A DNA stretch of 60,168 bases, counting the filler, from Chloroflexota bacterium (lineage in GTDB: Bacteria; Chloroflexota; Chloroflexia; QHBQ01), in the NCBI GenBank assembly GCA_043754535.1. It is 3 parts of 3 records of this genome, joined end to end, with 100 filler letters (N's around TTAATTAATTAA, not from the genome) between each part and the next. Parts side by side here need not be neighbours in the genome. Positions count along the whole stretch, not along the records: positions 26,311 to 34,683 come from JAYUUN010000117.1; positions 34,784 to 60,168 come from JAYUUN010000118.1; 1 more part is not named here. One strand, written 5' to 3'. This document shows, one piece after another, positions 29,110 through 38,184 of this stretch. Positions within the stretch are counted from its first letter, which is position 1. Each line of letters begins with the position of its first letter. The position numbers were made by a program, and so were the translations under genes. Below the pieces are notes generated by a model, which worked only from the letters and a program-made list of their open reading frames with translations, had not been told where the DNA came from and did not search any database.

Positions 29110-31425
29110 TCAAGCCTCTCTGCGCTGAAGGCGCATAAGATAACGGTCACCAACCCGCAACGCCAACGCCATGATCGTGAGGGCAGGGTTGACACTGAGG
29201 GCCGAGGGGAAGATCGAGTTGTCCACGATATACAGGTTGGCACTGTCGAAGCTACGCCCATCTCCATCCACCACTGCGTTGCTGCCGTCCGCCCCCATGC
29301 GACAGGTGCCGATGGTATGGGCTGAACGTTGGAACGTCCACAAGTCGTGTCCACCGGCTGCCGTCCAGAGAGCGCGCATCAGACTCTCGGCGTGCGCCTG
29401 CATCTTCCGCTCGTTCTCGCCATAGCTGAAGTAGATGCGCGGCTTGGGCAAGCCGCGCCCGTCCAGTTCGTCGCTCAGTTCCAGGTAGTTGCCGGTCGAG
29501 GGCAGGCACTCGCCCAGGATGTTGATCCCGGCGACGTGGTTGTAATCCAGCATACGCTCACGCAGCCCCTCGCCCCACAGCCCCCGCCCCCGACTCAGTT
29601 GCGCGGCGTAGGTAACGGGCATTACCCCGATGCTCTGCAAGACGTAGCCACCCGCAAAGCCAGCATCGTCCGGTCGGTGGTTGTCTTCGGAGATGAGGCC
29701 GCCGGGGATGCCCTTGTAGGGGCGCACCTCAGCGTCAAACCGACCCCACACCTGGGTACCCACATGGGCCATAAAGTTGCGCCCAACCTGTCCGCTGCTG
29801 TTCGCCAGCCCCATCCTTAGTAGCAGGCGTGGGGTCTCGACCGCCCCGGCGCAGAGGAACAGGGCGCGGCAGGCTTGCCGCTGCTCAACGCCATCATGCA
29901 CGTAGACCACGCCCGTAACCTTACCATGAGCGTCCCGCTCGATCTCGGTGACGAAGCACTCGGCCCGCAACTCGGCTCCATATTGCAAGGCGAGGGGGAT
30001 AAAAGTCACATCCATGCTGGCTTTGGCCCCCACACTGCACCCCGCCTGACAGAAGCCCCGGTTGGTGCAAGCTGGCCGCCAACCGACCCCCGGTTGGTAG
30101 TATGACCCTGATAGGGCTGCATTTGCCGCTGGGCTGGTGCGGATGCCGAAGCTGGCGCAAGCACGCTGCATCAGTTGCGCCGCGCCGTTGAGCGGCAGGG
30201 GCGCAAGCGGATAGCCCTTTGTGCGTGGTGGCCCCCAGGGATAGGGGGTAGGGCCGCTGATACCGAGGAAGGTTTCCAGTTCCTCGTAGTAGGGTTCGAG
30301 GTCGGCGTAGCTGATCGGCCAGTCGCAGCCAACCCCGAACTCCGTTCGCAGGCGGAAGTCGTTGGGTTGGGCGCGAGGGGTGTAGGCGGTGTAGTGTAGA
30401 GTGGAGCCGCCTACGCCGATACCAGAGTTGTTGCGGCCAAAGGCGGTGGGGTTGTCGCCCGCACTGAGCCGCTCGTCGGGCCAGTACAGCCTGCCCTGCG
30501 CCCGCTCGTCGGTGGCGAAATCGCGCTCTGGCTGCCACTGCCGCCCCGCTTCGAGGATCACCACCCGCAGCCCCCCCTCCGCGAGCCGCGCTGCAAGTGG
30601 TGCGCCACCTGCCCCGCTACCGACCACCACCACATCCACCGCTTGATTAGCTGTTGTACTCAGATTATAGATTAGTGGTTGCTGATCGGTAATTTCTCTG
30701 GTTTGGGGGGGGATGGGAGTGGCAGGGAGCGGTGGGGTGAAGGGTGGGGATGGCAGGGGACGGGGTTCGCGCTCGGCTAGATCGGCGGAGCTTTGGATGC
30801 TTTGCGGGCGGCGGGCATCATGTGGGGATGGCAGGGGACGGGGTTCGCGCTCGGCTAGCTGGTTGAGGCCGATCTGCTGCCAACCGGGAGTATCCGCCAT
30901 GCCAACGTAGCCGATCTCCTCCTGCACCAGGGGATGACTATAGTAGATCTCGGTCAGTTCGGCTAGTAGTTCCTCGAAATAGCGAGCAGCGGGTAGCCGC
31001 TGCCACGTATCCCCCACTGGGTTGCCGTCCTGCACTAGCCGGATCACCGCGTCCTGCTGGTCAGCAGTCAGTTTGGCAAAGGGGGAGCCATACTGTGCGG
31101 CAGCTGTCTCGTCCCAGCCCTGCGCCCCCAGGCGGTGAGCGTCAGCATCTGGCGGCATGGTGTTATATCGCCAACCGTCCCGATCCCCATCAGCCAGGCA
31201 GCGATCAAGTTCAGCGATCTGATTGATGCCATAACCCTCGGCGGAGGGAAAGAGGCGAGCCGCCAGTTGACGCAGGGTGTCGGCTTCAGGTTGGCTGAAG
31301 AAAGCAGGCTCCCAATCGTCGCTGCGCTTAAGGCGAGCAGTCAACGCTGCTCTGGTTGGCTCTGTCACCAGGTTGCTGCCTAGCAGCGCACGCACGGTGC
31401 CAACCGGGTACTTTGTCTCAGCCAT
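29110..31425 (-). CDS. Gluconate 2-dehydrogenase subunit-3 domain fused to GMC oxidoreductase
   Basis: N-terminal FFS..EADTL...YYSHP....EIGY.G; VVVVGSGAGG FAD motif, GGSTLHY, C.NRGFC..GC, AHTIGTCRMG, VNPALTIMA. Confidence 0.9.
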   Translation of the reverse strand: MAETKYPVGTVRALLGSNLVTEPTRAALTARLKRSDDWEPAFFSQPEADTLRQLAARLFPSAEGYGINQIAELDRCLADGDRDGWRYNTMPPDADAHRLGAQGWDETAAAQYGSPFAKLTADQQDAVIRLVQDGNPVGDTWQRLPAARYFEELLAELTEIYYSHPLVQEEIGYVGMADTPGWQQIGLNQLAEREPRPLPSPHDARRPQSIQSSADLAEREPRPLPSPPFTPPLPATPIPPQTREITDQQPLIYNLSTTANQAVDVVVVGSGAGGAPLAARLAEGGLRVVILEAGRQWQPERDFATDERAQGRLYWPDERLSAGDNPTAFGRNNSGIGVGGSTLHYTAYTPRAQPNDFRLRTEFGVGCDWPISYADLEPYYEELETFLGISGPTPYPWGPPRTKGYPLAPLPLNGAAQLMQRACASFGIRTSPAANAALSGSYYQPGVGWRPACTNRGFCQAGCSVGAKASMDVTFIPLALQYGAELRAECFVTEIERDAHGKVTGVVYVHDGVEQRQACRALFLCAGAVETPRLLLRMGLANSSGQVGRNFMAHVGTQVWGRFDAEVRPYKGIPGGLISEDNHRPDDAGFAGGYVLQSIGVMPVTYAAQLSRGRGLWGEGLRERMLDYNHVAGINILGECLPSTGNYLELSDELDGRGLPKPRIYFSYGENERKMQAHAESLMRALWTAAGGHDLWTFQRSAHTIGTCRMGADGSNAVVDGDGRSFDSANLYIVDNSIFPSALSVNPALTIMALALRVGDRYLMRLQRREA
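30744..30858. repeat. Exact 37-bp direct repeat in the fusion linker
   Basis: GTGGGGATGGCAGGGGACGGGGTTCGCGCTCGGCTAG at 30744-30780 and 30822-30858 (LAEREPRPLPSP twice). Confidence 0.95.
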
Positions 31426-31479
31426 CTTACTCCTCGGTCGCCAGGCAACTTGTGCTACTCTATTACCGTGTACTATCTG

Positions 31480-32253
31480 CTATCTATATACGCGAACAGG
31501 AGCGGCACGGATCAGGTTTGCCACCTCGTTCGTCGCTTCCAGCGGCAAGAGATGACCGCTAGTGGGTACGATCTCCAGATGAGCGTGGTTCAGGTGCGGC
31601 ATTACTTGCTGCTCGATCAGCTTGCGGGGGATGGTCTGATCTCGTTCACCGCTGACTACCAGGGTCGGTATGTCCAGCTTGCCTACTGCCGCCGCGATAT
31701 CCTCCCGGCTGCCAACTTCCAGCCAAGCAGACCAGGCAGCGGGGTCGCAGCGCAGGTTGTCAGCAATAGCCTGTTCCAGCAGCGGCGTGGGCAGGGGGTG
31801 GGCGACGATTTTGCTGATCGTCTGTTTAGCGGCAGCCCGTTGACCATGTGTGGTCAGCAGCCGTTCGCGCTGATGTGCTGCTATCGGCTCCGGGGTTGGC
31901 GGTGAAGGGGCAAGCAGGATCAGCGATTGCAGGCCAGCCGGGTGCTGGGCAGCGTAGGCGAGGGCGATCTTACCGCCCATCGAGTGCGCCACGATAGTGT
32001 ACCGCTCAAGCGCAAGTGCAGCAACCAGTGCGCCGAGGTCGGCCACGTAGGCGGCAAGGTCATAACTGGTTGCCCGCGAGTTGCCGAAGCCGCGCAGGTC
32101 GGGGGCGACACATTGCACCTCGTCACCCAACGCAGCGCAGAGTGGCTGCCAGCTAAGACTGCTACCGCCGAAGTAGTGCAGCAGGATGAGGGTGCGGCTG
32201 CCCACACCCTGCTGCTGGACGTTAATTTGTGAGCCGTTGAGGGTTAGGTGCAT
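31480..32253 (-). CDS. Alpha/beta hydrolase
   Basis: LHYFGGS, DLRGFG, AHSMGG, GERD, GHL. Confidence 0.92.
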   Translation of the reverse strand: MHLTLNGSQINVQQQGVGSRTLILLHYFGGSSLSWQPLCAALGDEVQCVAPDLRGFGNSRATSYDLAAYVADLGALVAALALERYTIVAHSMGGKIALAYAAQHPAGLQSLILLAPSPPTPEPIAAHQRERLLTTHGQRAAAKQTISKIVAHPLPTPLLEQAIADNLRCDPAAWSAWLEVGSREDIAAAVGKLDIPTLVVSGERDQTIPRKLIEQQVMPHLNHAHLEIVPTSGHLLPLEATNEVANLIRAAPVRVYR

Positions 32254-32272
32254 GGCTGCCGATCCTGGTTGG

Positions 32273-33142
32273 CTAGCTGGACAGCTTGCCGCCGGTCACT
32301 TCCAGGATGATGCCAGTGATGAAGCTAGCGTCCTGCGAGGCGAGGAACACGTAGGCGGGGGCTAGCTCCTCCGGCTGCCCCGGTCGTTCCATTGCCACTT
32401 CATGCCCAAAGTTCTTTACCTCGTCCTTCGGCATAGTGCCTGGAATATTTGGAGTCCAGACCGGGCCGGGGGCAACGGCGTTGACCCGGATTTTGCGTTC
32501 GGCCAGGCTGAGGGCCAGGGCTTTGGTGAAGGCGTGGATCGCCCCCTTGCTGGCACAGTAGTCGATCAGGATCGGATTGCCGACCAGCCCGACGATGCTC
32601 CCGGTGTTGATGATCGCGTCGCCCTCATGCAGATGCGGTAGCGCAGCCTGGGCCATGTAATAATAGCCGAAGATGTTGGTTTCCAGCGTGCGGCGGAACT
32701 GCTCCTCGCTCACGTCCTCAAACTTCTCCTGTGCCATCTGGTAAGCGGCATTGTTGACCAGGATGTGGAGGCCGCCGTACTCCGCCACCGTCTGCTTGAC
32801 CACCGAGCGGCAGAGGTCGGGCACGCGCACGTCTCCCTTGATCACCAGGCAGCGTCCGCCTTTCGCCTCCACCATCGCTTTGGTAGTGGCCGCGTCCTCG
32901 TCGTTCTCGTTGTAGAAGATAGCGACCTGCGCCCCCTCCATCGCGTAGGCAATTGCCACCGCCCGCCCGATGCCACTGTCTGCGCCGGTAATCAGGGCTA
33001 TCTTGCCCACCAGCTTGCCCGCTGGCAGATAGTTGTCCAGACTGCTTTGCGGCTGGGGGTTCATCTCCAACTGTTTAGCCGGGTAGGGCAACTGCTGGCT
33101 GGGGATGTCCTTTGCTTCAGGTCGTTGCTCTTGATCTTGCAT
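32273..33142 (-). CDS. SDR oxidoreductase (YghA/general-stress type)
   Basis: TGADSGIG, NNAA, YCASK, VAPGPVWTP, GQPEELAP. Confidence 0.93.
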   Translation of the reverse strand: MQDQEQRPEAKDIPSQQLPYPAKQLEMNPQPQSSLDNYLPAGKLVGKIALITGADSGIGRAVAIAYAMEGAQVAIFYNENDEDAATTKAMVEAKGGRCLVIKGDVRVPDLCRSVVKQTVAEYGGLHILVNNAAYQMAQEKFEDVSEEQFRRTLETNIFGYYYMAQAALPHLHEGDAIINTGSIVGLVGNPILIDYCASKGAIHAFTKALALSLAERKIRVNAVAPGPVWTPNIPGTMPKDEVKNFGHEVAMERPGQPEELAPAYVFLASQDASFITGIILEVTGGKLSS

Positions 33143-33238
33143 CCAATTGCCTCCTTGATATGCTGCGCTGTAACCTCTCGGCTTCTTGTTGCCAAGTAGG
33201 GCTTGCTAAGCCGCTTTGTACGGTGTAACCTGCTTGCC

Positions 33239-33267
33239 AGCTTACCACGTAGCAGCATACGAGTCAA
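33239..33267 (-). promoter_or_regulatory. Promoter of the SDR-hydrolase-GMC-GH1 operon
   Basis: TTGACT-N17-TAAGCT with TG extension. Confidence 0.55.
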
Positions 33268-33575
33268 TTATCGCCACCAGGTAAAGGAAGTAGCCACAAG
33301 CACGACGAGGGCTGTCACCAATGAGGGTGGCAGCCTTTTTGTTCCCAGCCAGCAACGTATGATCGTCCCCTATAGCACCAGGGTCCTTATCACCTTGTTT
33401 GAGCAGACGATGGGTGACACGACCACTCCCTTACCCCTGACAGTTTAGCTTGGAACTAACAGCAGTTGGTAGCGGCACATCACGTTGGCAATAGCCAGTC
33501 ATGGTCAGGCTGCCGCGAGTGGCTGACGGCAGCCTGGAGGCAAAGCGTAAGGGGTGGTAGCGGTCGGGGTAGACC

Positions 33576-33619
33576 GCCCAGCGCGTAACCGCTGTATGTG
33601 GCTGCCCGATCCCGCCAGG
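33576..33619 (+). repeat. Diverged direct repeat, copy 2
   Basis: GCCCAGCGCGTAACCGCTGTATG...CCGATCCCGCCAGG. Confidence 0.8.
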
Positions 33620-33731
33620 CTCGTGCGCTCACAGGGCTGGGCGTACTGGCTTGGGGGCAAGAGGACTACGGTGCAGCCAGAGCCGCCTTCGAGGAGAGCC
33701 AGCAGGTGAGCCAGGTTATGGGTGTCGCCGT

Positions 33732-34061
33732 ACCCTGGCGCAGACCTTGCACAACCAGGGCAACCTGATGACCGAGATCGGGGATTACGCCGCTGCTTCT
33801 ACTATCTATGCAGAGTGCTTGCAGATCAACCGCGAGTTGGGGGATCGCTTCAGTATCGCTGCGGTGCTGGCGAACATGGGGGCCGCAATGAGCAATCATG
33901 GCGATCAACAGCAGGCACGTGTTCTGTACGAGGAAAGCCTGACGATCCTGCGTGAACTGGACAACGGCTGGTGCATAGCGATGGTGCTGGACAACCTGGG
34001 CGAGCTGGCCCACTTGGTGGGCGATTACGAACAGGCCCGCCGACATCTTCAAGCCAGCTGA
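33732..34061 (+). pseudogene. Isolated TPR fragment (remnant of an ATPase-TPR regulator)
   Basis: LAQTLHNQG..GDYAAA..YAECL.I.RELGD repeats with no credible start; ends mid-repeat. Confidence 0.65.
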
Positions 34062-34263
34062 TGGGGTCGACGTAGGCGATCTCGTCGGTAACTGTGCCGA
34101 TCTGCCGCGGCAGGTAGAAGCTGGACAGGTGGCCTCCGTAGGGGGCGCGGTCAAGCTGGCTGAACAGGGCAGCGAGGGTACGCTGCTCCTACAGCAGCAG
34201 TTGGGGCAGGGGCGTGGCTGATGGCTCACCAGCGTAGGTGGGCAGGGTGGGACGGCTGGTAGT

Positions 34264-34432
34264 GGTGGAACCGTTCCACCCCCAGCAGTGACCAAACCTG
34301 TATGTTGGTAGGCTAATCAGGATGCTGGTCAGCCCACTTTGCCTTCGCAGGGTGGAACCATTCCACCTCGTCAGAGCTACAAACAAGTTCACTGGCCGTT
34401 AACAGTTGGCTTAGAGGCGGAATGGTTCCACC
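34264..34432. repeat. Three 17-bp palindromes GG(T/C)GGAA-NNN-TTCCACC
   Basis: Copies at 34264-34280, 34351-34367 and 34416-34432. Confidence 0.8.
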
Positions 34433-34683
34433 CCCAGCAACCGCCGCCAGCGTTTTGTTCGTTCGCCGTTCGCCGCTTGTTCGTTTTGCTTACGTCGTGC
34501 TTACGTTCGGCGTTACCGCTTTACCCTCATCTCGTGACTGCCAACACCCCCACATATTAGCGACGCACCATATTGAGCAGAGCCAACTGCGCCAACGTGA
34601 GGGCTGTCCAGCAACAGAGGCAGGGGCAAGGCCGGAAGCCGCCTTGCCTACCTGCCCTTGTCGGTGAAGCAAGGTCAAGCAGA

Positions 34684-34783
34684 NNNNNNNNNNNNNNNNN
34701 NNNNNNNNNNNNNNNNNNNNNNNNNNNTTAATTAATTAANNNNNNNNNNNNNNNNNNNNNNNNNNNNNNNNNNNNNNNNNNNN
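34684..34783. other. Artificial contig spacer
   Basis: N44-TTAATTAATTAA-N44. Confidence 0.98.
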
Positions 34784-35131
34784 TGCGACGATGGCCACCA
34801 CTCGATCCTGCTCGATAAGCGCTTGCGCGGCAGCGAGCGACTTGTCGGGTTTGAATTCGTCATCACGAAACACCACGCTAATTTTTTGGCCGTTCACACC
34901 GCCTGCGGCATTAATTTTCTTCAAATACGTGTCGATGCCTTCACCCACGGCCACCGTGCTTGGCTTAGCAATCGGCGAGATAACCGAGCCAAGTCGACCG
35001 AGAACGATGTCTGCGTAAGCGTGCGAGCTGACCGCAAAGAACATTGTCAGCACACACCATTGATGAACGACTCGCGAACGCGCTTTACCGGTTACTGAGG
35101 GGAGGTGAAGCATGGAGGTCTTCCTTATCAA
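34784..35131 (-). CDS. Branched-chain amino acid-type ABC substrate-binding protein, N-terminal part (partial)
   Basis: Signal peptide; INAAGGVNGQKI...DD.FKPD LivK-family signature; sequence style differs from the rest of the window. Confidence 0.8.
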
Positions 35132-35541
35132 AATACGCAGCTACGTCGCACGATCGATGTCAAACGTACGATTGGCTAAATCCCAAGGATACTATCAGGC
35201 AACTTTCTCGCTTCGCAGCGTGGTTACACACTTTTCTCAGCAGGTAGGAAGCGCCCCAAACGGTTGGGCGTGCGCCGCCACAATTGAATTTGGATAGCGG
35301 CCACATTAGGCGCGAAATTTCCAGATAGTGCGCGCCCAAACACAACCCGCGCTCAAGCAGCGCGCGAAATGAGATGGCCGCCTGATCGACAGTGCACGGC
35401 GCCGGGTAAAACGATACAGCTCTGGCCGCTAACCCTTATTTAACTTGGGCTAGGCGGCTATTTATCGTAAAGTCGGTAATATGCAAAACAGGCCGTTAGC
35501 GCTGCTCAAAAGCCGGATTCAGCCAAAAGCTGTTCGCATTT

Positions 35542-37017
35542 TTATCGGCACGTCCGAGTCTTGTCGATCTCGTCGAACAGAAAGACAGGGTTGCTCGACT
35601 CGGCCTTTTTGAGCGACTGCACGATCTTGCCCGGCATCGCACCGATGTAGGTACGGCGGTGGCCGCGAATCTCGGCCTCGTCGCGCACGCCACCGAGGGA
35701 CATCCGCACAAACTTGCGGCCCAGGGCGCGGGCGATGCTCTGGCCCAGGCTCGTCTTGCCCACCCCTGGAGGGCCAACAAAGCAGAGGATTGGTTCGCGC
35801 AGCATCGGCTTGTGTGGTGAGGAGGTAACATCTTTTTCGTTCTCGTGGGTGCCGTCGTCCATCTCGCTCTCCTGTGTCGCCTTGATCAGGTCGGCACGGT
35901 CGGCGCGGATTTTGCGGACAGCGAGGTACTCAAGAATGCGCTCCTTGATCTTCTCCAGGCCGTAGTGGTCTTCTTCCAGTATGCGACTAGCGCGGTTCAC
36001 GTCTACGCCCTGTTCGGTACTCTTGTTCCAGGGCATGGCGATCATGTACTCAAGGTAGGTGCGGATCACCGAATACTCTGGGGCTTGCTGCGGCATTCGG
36101 CTGAGGCGGTCAAGTTCGCGCTTTGCTTCCTTGTCGGCCTCTGGCGGCATAGCAGCAGCATCTATCTCCTCGCGCAGGCGGCTGATTTCGGCGGTCGCCT
36201 CGTCGTCCTCACCCAACTCGCGTTGCAGAGCCTTGATTTGCTCGCGCAGCATATAATCACGCTGCGTCTTGCTCATTTCGTCCTGCACCTGACCCTGAAT
36301 CTTCTTGCCCAGTTCGAGAACTTCCAGTTCCTTGTTCAGGAAGGTAGTCATCTTCAACAGCTTCTCGCGCAGGCTGCTGGTCTCCAACAACTCCTGGCGA
36401 TCCTCCAGGGTCAGGCGCAGATTGCTGGCGATGTAGTAGACGAGGTGGAGCGGAGAGGGGATGTTCATCACTGCTGCTGTCACTTCGTCAGGAATGTGCG
36501 GCATCAGCTCGACGATGCGCTGGATCAGACCTTGCAGGTTACGCACTAGTGCGTCAACCTCCAGGCCGTTCTCCTCCACATCCGGGTAAACCTCAACCTT
36601 CGCCTTGAGGTAAGGCTTCTGGCTGACATACTCTTGGATGCGGACACGCTGGATACCCTGCACCAGCAGGCGCATGGTACCGTCGGGCATCTTCATCATC
36701 CGCTCGATGCGGGTGACAGTGCCGATGCGGAAGGCATCCTCCGGCCCTGCGCCGTCAATGCTGGCATCCTTCTGGGCCACCATCACTACCAGGCGGTCGC
36801 TAGCCACCACATCCTCAATCAGACGCAGGCTGCGCTCCTGACCCACAGCGAGGGGAGCAGGGGTGAAGGGGTAGATCACGGTGTCCTTCAACGGCAAGAT
36901 CGGCAGGACATGGGGAATACCCATCTCGTCCTCATCAATTTCGTTGTCATGCTCATGCGCTGGGGCATCAGCCCCCCGCGAACGGGCTGCAAAGAGCATA
37001 TAACCATCATTCAACAT
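35542..37017 (-). pseudogene. lon: Lon protease, truncated directly after Walker B
   Basis: [62 protein letters not shown] then TRTCR*; protease domain absent. Confidence 0.92.
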
Positions 37018-37281
37018 TTTGTATCTCCTTAACCTAACGCCCGGTTAGTGGCCGCTCCCTCGTCGTTAGCCTTGGCTTGCCCCGGCGCACTCTGCCTGCG
37101 GCCCGGTTCAGCAATCGTGGTCTGCCAGTTCTCATATTTCCCTGCAAAACTGGTTTGGCTGCTGCGCCGCTCTACTTGCCCGAATTATACCAAACCCACC
37201 GCCTGTGCCGCTTAGTTATCCACATTAGACCGCTGTTAGACATCTTGTCTATTATACAGTTTTCGCGGGCGGTTGGTTGCA

Positions 37282-37310
37282 CAAAAGGGATGAGCCGGTC
37301 AGCCCATCCC
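37282..37310 (-). terminator. Intrinsic terminator after the SRPBCC gene
   Basis: GGGATGGGC-TGACCG-GCTCATCCC-TTTTG. Confidence 0.65.
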
Positions 37311-37341
37311 CCAGTTTTGCCTCTATCAAGTGCCGTAGGCT

Positions 37342-37779
37342 TCAGCCCAATGTCACCTCCAGATTGTCGAACATCCCTACCCAGCCCTGCTTGATATCTT
37401 CGGCCTGACCCTCTGGCACGACCTCTTGCGTCAGCGTCAGGATGCAGCCCGCTTCCTCTGGCACGATGTCAATGATAATGCGGCTGAAGCCGGGGCCGAA
37501 CTCTGGCATACCAAAGCTGAAGACCAGACGGTGTGGGCGGTCAAGCTCAAGGTACTCGCCGGTCGCCAGCCACTCCGAGTTGTCCGCCCTGACTGCGGTG
37601 ATCGTGTACGCCCCACCAACACGGGCATCGAGCTTGGCGGTGTACGACCTGTCGCCCCCAGAGATGGCGAACAGCCAGCGGCTAAGGCTCTGTGGGTTGA
37701 GCCAGGCATCGAACACCCGCTCCGGGGTGGCCTCAAAGTGGCGACTAACGCTAACAGAATTGGGCATAGCTGTGGTCAT
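37342..37779 (-). CDS. SRPBCC/AHSA1 domain protein
   Basis: RHFEATPERVFDAW, DARVGG, GEYLELDRPHRLVF, GW. Confidence 0.92.
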   Translation of the reverse strand: MTTAMPNSVSVSRHFEATPERVFDAWLNPQSLSRWLFAISGGDRSYTAKLDARVGGAYTITAVRADNSEWLATGEYLELDRPHRLVFSFGMPEFGPGFSRIIIDIVPEEAGCILTLTQEVVPEGQAEDIKQGWVGMFDNLEVTLG

Positions 37780-38138
37780 TGTGGGTTTCCTTCCTTCTCT
37801 GGGGTGCTGTCTCCTGCTTGTTCGTCAAGCAGGGTGGCAAGAGCATCAAGCTGGTCGCTCCACAGACGTTCGTAGAAGCGCAGCCACTCGTCGGCGGCAG
37901 CCAACGGTGCAGGCACAAGCTGGCAGACGTGTGTCCGTCCCCTGATCGTGCGTAGCATCAGCCCAGCGGCTTCCAGCACGCGCACGTGCTTGGATGCAGC
38001 CACTAGCGACATAGCGAATGGTGCAGCAAGCTCGCTAATCGTGCGCTCCTTCGCCACAAGGCTGTGGAGCATTGCCCGCCGAGTGGGATCGGCCAGGGCG
38101 TGGAACACAACATCGAGGGCGGCATCTTGCTTAACCAT
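37776..38138 (-). CDS. ArsR/SmtB family transcriptional regulator
   Basis: LDVVFHALADPTRR, SKHVRVLE.AGL; ATG at 38138. Confidence 0.93.
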   Translation of the reverse strand: MVKQDAALDVVFHALADPTRRAMLHSLVAKERTISELAAPFAMSLVAASKHVRVLEAAGLMLRTIRGRTHVCQLVPAPLAAADEWLRFYERLWSDQLDALATLLDEQAGDSTPEKEGNPQ

Positions 38139-38184
38139 ATGGTTTATTATAACTGGTGAGGAAGAAAATGTCAACCATTTGGTT
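38133..38184 (-). promoter_or_regulatory. Consensus sigma70 promoter with two ArsR-type operators
   Basis: TTGACA(38174-69)-N17-TATAAT(38151-46); AACCATATGGTT (38133-44) and AACCATTTGGTT (38173-84). Confidence 0.85.

Noticed and set aside
34264..34432. Possible mini CRISPR array
   Set aside because: Repeats are only 17 bp, spacers are unequal (70 and 48 bp) and there are no cas genes.
37216..37224. Perfect DnaA box TTATCCACA upstream of lon
   Set aside because: Single copy with no cluster or AT-rich unwinding region; could be chance.
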